From Candidatus Heimdallarchaeota archaeon (GTDB taxonomy: Archaea; Asgardarchaeota; Heimdallarchaeia; JABLTI01), in NCBI GenBank assembly GCA_018238155.1, contig JABCTZ010000037.1, positions 32,001 through 96,000 on the forward strand: a DNA stretch of 64,000 bases. The letters are read 5' to 3'. The notes below the pieces were generated by a model. That model was not told the origin of the DNA and did no database searches. It saw only the letters and a list, made by a program, of their open reading frames with translations. Each line of letters starts with the position of its first letter. The first letter of the stretch is position 1. The position numbers and the translations under genes were made by a program. Shown piece after piece: positions 1 to 9,657 of the stretch.

Positions 1-1080
1 AGCGTTTAATCTATCAAGGAAACTAAATCTACTAGATTCTTTTTTCTTTGGTGGAGGTGATTCAACGACTACTTGTTGTTCAACGGGAGGTTGTGAAATA
101 ATAGGGCGTTCAACAGGAGGTTGTGGAATAATGGGACGTTCAACGGGAGGTTGTGGAATAACAGGTTGTTCCATTATTGGAGGAGTAATTGTGCTTATGG
201 GTTGAGTTGCTGTTTTCTCAGGTTCTGTAGGAGGTTCAATAACAGGTTGTTCATTTAAATCGGCAGCAGTTGGAGCTAATGATATTGGTTCAGTAAAGGA
301 AGGTTTAGCAGACTCTTTTTGCTCAACTACACCTACAATGGGAGGAGTTACTATACTTGCCTGAGGTACTATTGGAGCTGTTTGATTTATTGGCAGAATT
401 GTATTTGCCATAATATTATCTACCGTTGGAGCTTCAATTGAAGGTACTCTTCCAATACCCAAAGGTTGAGCAGACAAGTGTTGAGAACCAGAAATTGTAT
501 GAACTTCAGGTTGCTGTGGATGAGTAGTATCTACCATTTCAGTAGAAGGCATCGTCATTCCTTTCTTATCTAAAATCATCAACTTACTAATTGCTTCGAA
601 TGTTTCTGTAATGCCAATCCCTTTCAGGCTTGTTGTAGGGATGTAAAAAGAGATATTGAGTCTTTTTGCGGTTTCTAAACCTTCTTCATTCAGTACTTCA
701 CGAAGCTCTTCAACATCATTCTTTGTACTAACAAGAACCTTTGGGATATTGATATCCTCTAATTTGTTTATCCATCGATCAAGAGAATCGAGAGTATCTC
801 TTCGTGTAGTATCATAACAAAGGATGGCACCATGTGCACCTTTTGTGAAGATATTACTTATTTCGGCAAATTGATCTTGACCACCAATATCACAAATCTG
901 TAACGTTACTTCTTCTCCATCAACAACTAGTTTTTTGCTAAAGAAATCAGCACCAATAGATAATTTGTAGCTTCCAAAGAATTCACCGGTAGTTAGGTAA
1001 TTACAAATAGATGTTTTACCAATTCCACCATCACCAAGGACTACAACTTTGAAGAAGGTCGCCACTAAATATGTCTCCAT
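1..1080 (-). CDS. Rab/Ras-like small GTPase with long Pro-rich C-terminal extension (3' end runs off the window; absent from the ORF track)
   Basis: Manual translation: FKVVVLGDGGIGKTS (G1), YKLSIGADF (G2 region), LQICDIGGQ (G3), VLVSTKND (G4), TTSLK (G5), then about 190 aa rich in P/Q/E/V. The start is ATG at 1080 or GTG at 1065, the latter preceded by GGAGA. Confidence 0.9.
   Translation of the reverse strand, partial: METYLVATFFKVVVLGDGGIGKTSICNYLTTGEFFGSYKLSIGADFFSKKLVVDGEEVTLQICDIGGQDQFAEISNIFTKGAHGAILCYDTTRRDTLDSLDRWINKLEDINIPKVLVSTKNDVEELREVLNEEGLETAKRLNISFYIPTTSLKGIGITETFEAISKLMILDKKGMTMPSTEMVDTTHPQQPEVHTISGSQHLSAQPLGIGRVPSIEAPTVDNIMANTILPINQTAPIVPQASIVTPPIVGVVEQKESAKPSFTEPISLAPTAADLNEQPVIEPPTEPEKTATQPISTITPPIMEQPVIPQPPVERPIIPQPPVERPIISQPPVEQQVVVESPPPKKKESSRFSFLDRLNA
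78..167. repeat. Three tandem 30-bp imperfect repeats encoding (P-I/V-I-P/S-Q-P-P-V-E-R/Q) x3
   Basis: gttcaacgggaggttgtgaaataatagggc / gttcaacaggaggttgtggaataatgggac / gttcaacgggaggttgtggaataacaggtt. Confidence 0.9.
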
Positions 1081-1452
1081 TTATTTCATTGTATGATTTA
1101 TATATTAAGCTCAAATTAAACATTTGTAAAGCATTTATTTACATATTTCCTACTAAATTTACCTATTTAAGTTTTCGATACGTACTATCTTCAGACAAAA
1201 TATTTCTTAAATATCCTTTGTCTATATCTTAAAAATAAGCTTTTTTAATATATAATACCATTCGTTTAAGAGTTTGACAACAGCAGGAGAGAATTTTACT
1301 TCTTTTCTTTCGAAAATTACGATTTAGAGGAAAAACTCTTATTTACTGAACAAAATGTTAATGAGATTTGTATTGACAAATCTATCAGTTATAGATATAA
1401 TTATTAATAAATAGAATAGAAATCATTACAAAGCCATCAAATATCAGTAGAT

Positions 1453-1989
1453 ATGGATAAGTGTTATTCAATGAAACTCTCAAAAATTATTAAAAACAGG
1501 AAGGCAATGACCCCCTTAATGATTGGATTGATTGTCGCTGCATCAGTAGTAGCTGTTTTCTTTGTTATAATGGCTGCAGTAGTTCCTTCCATGAGTCAAA
1601 ACATAAACATGCAAATTAGAGAGGAACTCATTATTGGAAATTCCACTAGCGATCATTTTTCCTTGGATTTTGACATAATGTGCGATTATGAAGCAGGTGA
1701 AGTTTGGAGAGCAGAAATATATAAAAATAGTTCAACTCAAAATGCCTTTACACTTTATGGTTATACAAGTTTAACTGATGAAGTTTCCTTTAAGAGAAAT
1801 GAGGAAAGAACAATTAAAGTATTATACTTTACAGCTGAAGCAGGTGTAGATCCAACTGAAGTTGATGGTGTTCGATTAATTTTCCAAGTTGGGGATGAGT
1901 ATGTTCTAAGAGTATACTATAGACCTCTTGATAAACCAGAAGAAACAAGCTTATTTACAGAAGCAACATTTGAATTTAAAACAAAATGA
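1453..1989 (+). CDS. Archaeal type IV pilin-like protein (class III signal peptide); likely start 1471
   Basis: KNRKA|MTPLMIGLIVAASVVAVFFVIM: basic residues, a prepilin-like cleavage site, a hydrophobic helix, then a beta-rich domain. Confidence 0.65.
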   Translation: MDKCYSMKLSKIIKNRKAMTPLMIGLIVAASVVAVFFVIMAAVVPSMSQNINMQIREELIIGNSTSDHFSLDFDIMCDYEAGEVWRAEIYKNSSTQNAFTLYGYTSLTDEVSFKRNEERTIKVLYFTAEAGVDPTEVDGVRLIFQVGDEYVLRVYYRPLDKPEETSLFTEATFEFKTK

Positions 1990-2148
1990 TTTTGAAGGAA
2001 AGCTATTTTTCCTTATTTTTTTTATTTTCTATTTTCCAGTCATTCTTTCTAATACGAAAAATCCAAATGCAAACATTTTAAAAGCGTTTTAGGTATGTAA
2101 ATGTATGTAGAATAAATTACACTTTTATACATAAGTTGTGATACAAAA

Positions 2149-3612
2149 ATGGTTGAGAAAATAATTGACATTTCAGTAATGAATGTCGGTGAAATTGATG
2201 GGCGCGCTTATATGAATAAGCGTGATATGGAAAGAATTGGTGTCGATGATTTTGATATCATTCAGCTAATTAATGAATTTGAAGACAGCTGTGCAGTACA
2301 AGTTCTTGAAAATGACGAAGTGGAAGCAGATACTGTTGCAGTAGATAACGGAATTCTCGATTCCGCGAACATTAGCGATGGCGATAGGGTGAAAGTAAGA
2401 AAAGCCCAAATAAAAGATGAAGCAATAACTAGAGTGAAGTTTGGTATTGAACCTCTTGAAGGTCAACCTGTTGAAGAATGTATAACATACATTTTAGAGA
2501 ATTTTGATGAATTAACATCAGTAATAAGAAATCGACCTGTATATCGTAATTTACAAATTGATTGGCCAGATGCTGGATGTGGACACGTCAAAATAACCTT
2601 TTTAGATGCAGATCCAGATATGGAAGGCGACGAAGTTGGTATCATTGATCCTTCAGGAAAAGAAGTAGAAGTTCAATTAGTACCTGCAAGTGAAATGTCC
2701 TTCAATGCAGTTTTGATTCTCGACGTATCAGGCTCAATGAGTAAAATTGATATGATTGTCAAAGGAACTGGAACGGCAGTTGAAGGGTTAAGAAGAGGTC
2801 TTAAAGGAAGTAAAGACTTAGACAAACTCTTAGATGAATTCGAAGAGAAGAAAGTATCTCGAATTAAAGGTGCTGCCTTAGCAACTCTATTGTTCCTTTC
2901 ACAAAAAGTTAGTCGTGGATGGGGTGAACAATTATCTATCCTCAGTTTTGCAGGGGATGTTGATGTTTTTGAAATTGAATATGGTTCTGGTGGACCCACG
3001 CCGGTCATAGCATGCACAGGTCAAGCAAAATCAGCTGGTCTAGAAATCATTGCTGATTATGTTTCCAAGAGATGTTCCAAAGGTGGTGGACTTACATTCA
3101 TGAGTGGTGCAATTCAACAAGCTTATGAAATGACAAAGCAATTCGAACCAAATTCAATAACTGGTAAGATGAATCCAGCAATGATTATTCTTCTAACTGA
3201 CGGTCAACCAAACAAAGGAAACGGTCTTGGAATAAACCCAGTTCCTGTTGCACGCAAATGTGCTCGAGATTATCCAAATACTATTCTCTATACCATTGGT
3301 CTTGGTGAAGCAGATAAAAGACTACTCAAGAAATTATCAGAAATTGGTAGAGGAGAATTTTATGAAGCAAATGATCTTGGTGAATTAACTAAATTCTACG
3401 ACCTCTTAGCAAGACGATTTATGATCGCCTTAAAAACTGAACCAACTGAACTTGTTGAACAAGTTCCAGAAGACTTCTTTGATACTGTTGCTGATGACGA
3501 AGAAAGCGATGAAGTCGAATTAGCTCTTGAAGAAGACTACGGTGGTGCAGGCGAAGATATAGAAGAATTCGAAGAAGAATTCGTAGAAGAAATCGAAGAA
3601 GAAGAAAATTAA
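2149..3612 (+). CDS. CDC48/VAT N-domain-like region fused to a vWA domain, with acidic tail
   Basis: GRAYMNKRDMERIGVDDFDIIQL...TVAVDNGILDSANISDGDRVKVRKA resembles a double-psi beta-barrel. MIDAS motif LILDVSGSM, IILLTDGQPN and YTIGLG mark the vWA. C-terminus is E/D-rich. Confidence 0.75.
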   Translation: MVEKIIDISVMNVGEIDGRAYMNKRDMERIGVDDFDIIQLINEFEDSCAVQVLENDEVEADTVAVDNGILDSANISDGDRVKVRKAQIKDEAITRVKFGIEPLEGQPVEECITYILENFDELTSVIRNRPVYRNLQIDWPDAGCGHVKITFLDADPDMEGDEVGIIDPSGKEVEVQLVPASEMSFNAVLILDVSGSMSKIDMIVKGTGTAVEGLRRGLKGSKDLDKLLDEFEEKKVSRIKGAALATLLFLSQKVSRGWGEQLSILSFAGDVDVFEIEYGSGGPTPVIACTGQAKSAGLEIIADYVSKRCSKGGGLTFMSGAIQQAYEMTKQFEPNSITGKMNPAMIILLTDGQPNKGNGLGINPVPVARKCARDYPNTILYTIGLGEADKRLLKKLSEIGRGEFYEANDLGELTKFYDLLARRFMIALKTEPTELVEQVPEDFFDTVADDEESDEVELALEEDYGGAGEDIEEFEEEFVEEIEEEEN

Positions 3613-3745
3613 GAAAAAATCTTCTTCAATATTTTCCTTTTTTAATCAATAGTATTTTTTTTTTGATGAAGTCTTTTTTTCAACTTAGTATTTACTCATA
3701 GAAAAGAAAAAAAGATCGATTTACTCGATCAATTAACGATTGATT

Positions 3746-4423
3746 TTAAACGAGCGATAATATTAAGGATAACTCAACTTCTGGAATCAGAGAAATCCCG
3801 AAGATTGCTAACGAAATAATTTGGAATATTCCCCAACCAATACAGAATAAGGACACAATTATTGCAACGGGCATCCAGTTTAGTATTTTACCAATCATCG
3901 CCATCTGTTCTGTCAGTGTTCTAACTAATACAAATATAATAATATCTGCTGCTAAGAAAACTGCAAAATAAATCCATTTACCTTGTCCTAAATCACCGAA
4001 AGCTGCTGCGAAAATCGCTGCTCCAAGAAATCCTCCAAGCAAAGCAACAAGAGCAGTAATCGGAGTATCCTCTAAAGTTCTGAGAGTTAGCAGTGCACCA
4101 ATAACAACCATAACAATTATTGTTAAAGGATTAAACCAAACCATCCATGGGTATTCATCGGGAACATTAACTGCTAGAAAACCAGCAAGCATTAGTGTTA
4201 ACACACCCAAAACAATGCCCACTTTCTCCATGACAGCAACCATTGAGAAGAGCATATTTCTTTCGCTTTCATCATTTTTCTCAATTCGAGCAAATTTTCG
4301 AATTATTCCTGAAGAAACAACTACAGCATCCAGAATAAGGACAATTGGTGAAAGAATAAACATTGCAAATTCAAATGCGTGTTCCATGATAAATTTCACC
4401 TGATATATGAATGAATAGTACAA
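3746..4423 (-). CDS. Multi-pass membrane protein, unknown function
   Basis: About 6 hydrophobic segments; probable start at MEHAFE. Confidence 0.7.
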   Translation of the reverse strand: MYYSFIYQVKFIMEHAFEFAMFILSPIVLILDAVVVSSGIIRKFARIEKNDESERNMLFSMVAVMEKVGIVLGVLTLMLAGFLAVNVPDEYPWMVWFNPLTIIVMVVIGALLTLRTLEDTPITALVALLGGFLGAAIFAAAFGDLGQGKWIYFAVFLAADIIIFVLVRTLTEQMAMIGKILNWMPVAIIVSLFCIGWGIFQIISLAIFGISLIPEVELSLILSLV

Positions 4424-4453
4424 GCTATCTTATTAAGCTATTCAATTACGCAT

Positions 4454-5494
4454 TTAACTTATACCTTTTACTGCAGCAACTCCCCCAACAACTATAAGAG
4501 TAATTAAAGCACCAGGGACTAGAAATTTGAAATTAGCATTTATTGCTTGATTTGACTTCAAGCGAGGAACAATGGCTTTTATTATTGTAATGCTCAACAT
4601 TACCAAACTTAATTTGAAAAGAAAATTCAACATATGAGCTAAAAGCTCATAACCAGCTAATATTGGAATAGGAAGATATGCTCCCCCAAGAAAGACAGAG
4701 ACTATAACTCCTGCAAGAGCTACTTCAAAAATACGCAGAGAGAGATTCCATACGTGAAGCTTCCAATTTATTGTTGTTGGAAGGCGAATAGATAGATCTG
4801 GTGTTGAATCCAATCTATCAAAATATGGTTGATCGAATTTGAAAGATAACGCGAATAGGGAAATTAGTGCACCCCAAGGTATAAGAAGAAATATTCCATA
4901 AATCTTGTTTTCATAAGCAATAAGGCGAATATCTTCGGCAAGGATACTGATACTCATAGATCTTCGAACGAGAGAGGGTCCTATAAATGCTAAGAATAAT
5001 GGAATGTCAAATAGAATAAATGTTAATGCCATTTTTAGTGCTTCGTATGTAGAGTGCTTCTCACCAACCCACAAAATAAAGAAGATGAGAACACCAATTA
5101 ACATACTAATTGTAAGTAAAAGTAACAAATCACCTTCAAAAGAAATTATGCCAACAATACCAGATGTTTTTCCAGGATTATTCCCAAAAGAACCTACAAT
5201 GGAAGAGAAATCACCTACAACACATATTGGTAGTAACAAAGCACTTGTTAAACTAAGAGTTAAGAAAAATAGTAGCAATATACCTTGAATAGCACTTCTT
5301 ATGTTTAGCTGCTCTTTCTCTCCTTTAAAACAAAGCTTGAAATGTTCTACAATTGGGATAAACATAGGAGAATCTTTGGGTTTAAAACTAAAACGTGAAT
5401 ATGATCTACTAACAATCTGTTCGAAGATAATAGTTAATCCAAGAATAAATAGAAAACCTGGAAAAATGAATATTTCTACCCACGGAATAGCCAT
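4454..5494 (-). CDS. Divergent NuoH/MbhM/HycD-like membrane subunit
   Basis: IFPGFLF, PIVEHFKLCFK (cf. QPxxDxxKLxxKE), FEGDLLL, PYFD, VFLGG, FKL...IKAIVPRLK (cf. xxPRxR). The conserved ERK..R.Q.R.GP motif is degenerate. Confidence 0.75.
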   Translation of the reverse strand: MAIPWVEIFIFPGFLFILGLTIIFEQIVSRSYSRFSFKPKDSPMFIPIVEHFKLCFKGEKEQLNIRSAIQGILLLFFLTLSLTSALLLPICVVGDFSSIVGSFGNNPGKTSGIVGIISFEGDLLLLLTISMLIGVLIFFILWVGEKHSTYEALKMALTFILFDIPLFLAFIGPSLVRRSMSISILAEDIRLIAYENKIYGIFLLIPWGALISLFALSFKFDQPYFDRLDSTPDLSIRLPTTINWKLHVWNLSLRIFEVALAGVIVSVFLGGAYLPIPILAGYELLAHMLNFLFKLSLVMLSITIIKAIVPRLKSNQAINANFKFLVPGALITLIVVGGVAAVKGIS

Positions 5495-5589
5495 ATTATT
5501 AACTCCTAATTATTTCTCATTAGATGAATGAATAAATGATATATTTGAATTACTTTAAACCTTTTGTAATATTTCTTGCTGAATTTTTT

Positions 5590-6771
5590 TCATCCTTTAA
5601 TTCCCCAGCCTTCCCCAACAAATAAAAGAATGGTTGAAATATCTTCAATTGCGCTTCCAGTTATTCGGGAAAGTAATCCTTGAGTATTAACCTTCATTGG
5701 ACAAGTTATTTTGATTAGTCTAGGATTATCTTTCTCTGTACCTTTCCTACTATGAACAAAACTAAACAATTCTCCAATAGGAGTTTCTACTCTAACAATA
5801 GTGTTACTTGGGGCTAATTCAAATGAAGTTGCAGAATTATGAATGAGACCATCAGGCAAAGTTTGCAGAAGCTCTCTAACAATCTTTATTGATGCAATGA
5901 TCTCATCAAATAATATTGAAAATTCTCCAAAAAGATCACAAAAATCAGAAACGGGAATATCAAATGAAATGTCCTTATAGGCACAATATGGATCTGATTG
6001 TCGTACATCAGTAGTTATTCCTGAAGTTCTTGCTAAAGGTCCTACTAATGAAAGGTTTTTAGCTGTTTCTCTTGAGATAAATCCAACATCCTTTAACAAA
6101 CCCTTTACAAATGGGTTTCTTTGATTTCTAGTTTTAATTTTTTGTATTTTTCTTTCCATTAAAGAAAGTGTCTGATAGAGTGAAACTATATCGTCTTCTG
6201 TGATGTCAGCAAAAACACCACCAAATGTAATAAATGAAGAAGTTAAAGCAGGTTGAGTGATTTGTTCAATATGAACTAAAATATCTCTTCGCAATAACAA
6301 AACTCTTTGATGAAATATTGGATAGGAAATGCCTTTTGCTATTGTGCCAAGTTTGAGAAGATGACATTGAATTCTTTCTAATTCTAAAATAACAGAACGA
6401 ATATAATTTGCTCTAGCGGGAACAACAATTGGTTTTTTGGCTAATTTCTCAAAAGCCAGAGAAATTACTGTTTGATAATGAAATGGATGAGCAATCGCAT
6501 AAGATTTAGTAAGATGAAGTATTTTTTCCCAAGAATGTTTTTGAAATATTGGTTCGTAATTATTGCATGAACATAATCTTCCATCCAGCTTTGTTCCTTC
6601 AACTTTATTTGAGGATAGCTTCATCTGAATGTCCACCATCTCATTTGTGAACATATTTCGAAATATAATGCGTTTATCATAAATGGAAGAAATAACTCGG
6701 TTCTTATCAGATTTACTCACAATTGTATTCTCCATATTCAATAGATTATAACTATTAATTGGGAAATACAT
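5590..6771 (-). CDS. Divergent group 4 [NiFe]-hydrogenase large subunit / NuoD-like protein lacking metal-binding motifs
   Basis: RANYIRSVILELERIQCHLL, GGVFADI, GPLARTSGITTDVRQSDPYCAY and RVETPIGE are present. The L1 (RxCGxC) and L2 (DPCxxC) motifs are absent. Confidence 0.8.
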   Translation of the reverse strand: MYFPINSYNLLNMENTIVSKSDKNRVISSIYDKRIIFRNMFTNEMVDIQMKLSSNKVEGTKLDGRLCSCNNYEPIFQKHSWEKILHLTKSYAIAHPFHYQTVISLAFEKLAKKPIVVPARANYIRSVILELERIQCHLLKLGTIAKGISYPIFHQRVLLLRRDILVHIEQITQPALTSSFITFGGVFADITEDDIVSLYQTLSLMERKIQKIKTRNQRNPFVKGLLKDVGFISRETAKNLSLVGPLARTSGITTDVRQSDPYCAYKDISFDIPVSDFCDLFGEFSILFDEIIASIKIVRELLQTLPDGLIHNSATSFELAPSNTIVRVETPIGELFSFVHSRKGTEKDNPRLIKITCPMKVNTQGLLSRITGSAIEDISTILLFVGEGWGIKG

Positions 6772-6896
6772 TTTTGAATATTTGTGTTTGCTGATGAAAA
6801 GTTCGTTGAATCTAGTGATATTTAGAAATCAAAAGCTATAAAATCAAACAATGTTTTTAATGCAAAATGAATAGAATCAATATTGAATAATTTGAA

Positions 6897-8006
6897 GTGG
6901 TTTGTATGAATAAGAAAAAGACAAATGATGTTTTAATTATTGGTGCAGGTGCAATTGGAGGTATAACAGCTGCAATTCTAAATAGAAAAGGGGTAGATGT
7001 GACTGTAGTAACAAGAAAAGGAACACACTTCGATTCAATAAAAAGAGATGGATTAAGAATCGAAGGATATGATGAACCTTTTCATTTTCCAATTCATTCA
7101 AACTTTAGAAATTTAAAAGGCTCATTTAAACATGTATTAGTTGTTGTAAAAAATCCAAGTACAGAAGAAGTAACTAAGCAATTGAAAAAAGTCATTACTA
7201 AAGATAGTTTGGTATATAGTTTACAGAATGGATTTGGTAACACAGAGATAATGGCAAAACACATTCCTCGTAATCAAATAGTTGCGGGAGTAATTGGATG
7301 GGGTGCAACATATTTGGGAAATGGGAAATTGAGGATTACATCAAAAACTGGTGATTTTGTTTTAGGTTTTGAAGATGGCAAAAATTCTAATGATTCGAGG
7401 TTATTGGAAATGAAAAAAATACTCGAACATTGGAAACCAACAATTCTAACTTCAAATATAATTGGTTTTAGATGGGCAAAGTTAATTGTAAATTGTATAC
7501 TTGCACCAATAGGCGGATTGCTTGGTTTAACATTAGGTTTTATGATGAAGGACAAAGAAATTGCTCCTATCTTAGGAGATATGAAAAGTGAGGCAATTCA
7601 AGTAGCAGATGCCCATAAAATTCAATTGGAGAAAGTTGATGGATTGAATATTCGTAACTTTTTCTATAAACCAAAAACTTCTGATGGAATGTTCACTAAA
7701 TTGTCTAGCAGCATTATTAGCTCAATCATTCTAAAGGTTGGAGCAAGAAGACATGGAAGCATTTATCCATCTTTATTAACAGATTTAAAAAGAGGAAAAA
7801 AGACTGAAATCGAATTCCTTAGTGGTTATATAGAAAAAAAAGGCAAAGAAGTCAATCTTGAAACGCCAATTAGCACCTTCTTAATAAAAGCAATAACTGA
7901 AATTGAGAAAGGAAAAAGAAAGATTGGACTAGAAAATCTACTAGAATTGAAGGAAATAGCAAAGATTTCACGGGAAAAGATAAAAGAGCAAGAGAATAAA
8001 CTATAA
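6897..8006 (+). CDS. panE: 2-dehydropantoate 2-reductase
   Basis: IIGAGAIGG, VVVK, SLQNGFG, WAKLIVN, PSLLTDLKRGKKTEIEFLSG. Confidence 0.9.
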   Translation: MVCMNKKKTNDVLIIGAGAIGGITAAILNRKGVDVTVVTRKGTHFDSIKRDGLRIEGYDEPFHFPIHSNFRNLKGSFKHVLVVVKNPSTEEVTKQLKKVITKDSLVYSLQNGFGNTEIMAKHIPRNQIVAGVIGWGATYLGNGKLRITSKTGDFVLGFEDGKNSNDSRLLEMKKILEHWKPTILTSNIIGFRWAKLIVNCILAPIGGLLGLTLGFMMKDKEIAPILGDMKSEAIQVADAHKIQLEKVDGLNIRNFFYKPKTSDGMFTKLSSSIISSIILKVGARRHGSIYPSLLTDLKRGKKTEIEFLSGYIEKKGKEVNLETPISTFLIKAITEIEKGKRKIGLENLLELKEIAKISREKIKEQENKL

Positions 8007-8072
8007 CTTATTCATCAGGGAAAAGTAAACAAATTACCTCTTTTAGAAAAAAGCAGGAGGATATCCAGTCAC

Positions 8073-8441
8073 TTGTTACCAAATAATGGTGAAGAAGAAA
8101 CCATGTTATATGACATGACAATAGAGTTCTTCAAAAAAATGAACTTTCAGGTTCGAGAAGATGTTACTTTAATTGGTACAAGTGGAAAAAAGCATAATTT
8201 CCATCTAGTTGTTAAATTGAATTCAGATGCAGATATAAAACAAATATTAGTTCTTGTTGTAAATTGGAATAGAGCTGTTGGAGTGGACAGATTAATACGA
8301 TTTGAACGTATGTTAAATGATTTGCAAAAACGGAAAGGAATGATAATTTCGAATAGCTTCAGCGGTTCTGCAATTAAATTTGCTAAAAGAACAGGATTGA
8401 TTCTCTATACTAAAGAGCATCTTCATATTTCCAATGATTAG
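8073..8441 (+). CDS. Mrr-like PD-(D/E)xK fold protein, apparently inactive
   Basis: LIGTSGKKHNFHLVV...ILVLVVNWNRAVGVDRL...KGMIISNSFSGSAIKFAK follows the Mrr_cat pattern, but the catalytic D and ExK are replaced. Confidence 0.6.
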   Translation: MLPNNGEEETMLYDMTIEFFKKMNFQVREDVTLIGTSGKKHNFHLVVKLNSDADIKQILVLVVNWNRAVGVDRLIRFERMLNDLQKRKGMIISNSFSGSAIKFAKRTGLILYTKEHLHISND

Positions 8442-8455
8442 TTAGAACAATTCAT

Positions 8456-9490
8456 TTAAAAGAATGATTCCAAAGTAGATTGCCCTTTAGTGAGAGGAAT
8501 CGCATTAAAACCTTCTTTTTGTAATTCTCTTGCTAATTCAGCAGCTTTTCCAAACACAGTAAAGATTTTTTCCGGAGAGCTTTGTTTGATTATTTCAAGA
8601 AGACTACCGTAATCTGAATGATCACTCATAACATAAGCAGCATCTGCACCCATTCGATATTTATATTGTTCTTGGTTTTTTGCCCACCCGGAAAAACCAA
8701 TGATTTTCAGATTATATTTTCGTTTTAGAAATGCTAAAGTTTTATCTCTTGCGCTTGTATGGTTATGAAACAGAATCCATGGTTTATTTTTTTCCAAACC
8801 TATATCCATTTTATCATTTGCTAATAGTTTAGTGGAATGTAAATCCAAACCTAATTCCTTATGCGTCTGCTCCATTTGCCAAATAGCATTTGTGGAATAT
8901 CTTTTTTCACACAGATCTCCAAAGCTATAATTCAATAATTGAGCTTTTCCAACAGAATAACCTAAGAGTGCAACAGGATTGCCTTGATCCAGCTGTTTTT
9001 GGATATATTCTCTTGCTAGTGTTGCTTGATGTTCATATGTTGGAAAACGATAATCTTTGTCACCCCATGTTGCTTCGAGAATTAGAACATTACATTTGAA
9101 TGGTTTAAATCCAGTTAAATAAGCTCTGTCCTCTATATTGACATCACCTGTGTATACGACAATATCTCCATTTTCTTTATTTGTTATTTTAGCAACGGTT
9201 GAATCAAAAGTATGCCCTCCAGGCACTGTTTCAAGCTTGTATTCATTATTCTCCCAAAAATCATGGAAATCGAGAGAATAACCAATCCTTTCTTGGAACA
9301 ATCGAGCAGTAGCTTTTGAGCAAACCACAGGAGGAATTGTACTAGGTTTCTTCTTACTGCGTGGTAAATGATCATAATGAGCATGTGAAACAAACATTGA
9401 ACTTACAGTAGGATTTACAATTTGAGGATCCAGTATAATCTCTGAAGATTCAAATGAGATGTTAATTCGGTTTTTACATTTGACTTTCAA
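8456..9490 (-). CDS. Metallo-beta-lactamase / beta-CASP nuclease
   Basis: SHAHYDH, GH, YTGD, ILEATWG, GYSVGKAQ, FSGWA, MSDHSDY. The C-terminal QSTLESFF resembles a PIP box. Confidence 0.85.
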   Translation of the reverse strand: MKVKCKNRINISFESSEIILDPQIVNPTVSSMFVSHAHYDHLPRSKKKPSTIPPVVCSKATARLFQERIGYSLDFHDFWENNEYKLETVPGGHTFDSTVAKITNKENGDIVVYTGDVNIEDRAYLTGFKPFKCNVLILEATWGDKDYRFPTYEHQATLAREYIQKQLDQGNPVALLGYSVGKAQLLNYSFGDLCEKRYSTNAIWQMEQTHKELGLDLHSTKLLANDKMDIGLEKNKPWILFHNHTSARDKTLAFLKRKYNLKIIGFSGWAKNQEQYKYRMGADAAYVMSDHSDYGSLLEIIKQSSPEKIFTVFGKAAELARELQKEGFNAIPLTKGQSTLESFF

Positions 9491-9657
9491 ATTAATTCAC
9501 GTGTTTCTTGGTTGATATCTATTAATAACAAGTTTATCACTTCTAAATAAATAGTCCCCTAAAACTATTACTAATTTCTTTTTGTAACAGAATAATTTAA
9601 TAAGAAGAAAACGCGTTGAGATGATGTAAGAAAATTTGTGCTATTCTTTTAGGAAAG

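Noticed and set aside
78-167. CRISPR-like array
   Set aside because: Contiguous in-frame coding repeats without spacers; no CRISPR array or cas genes were seen anywhere in the window
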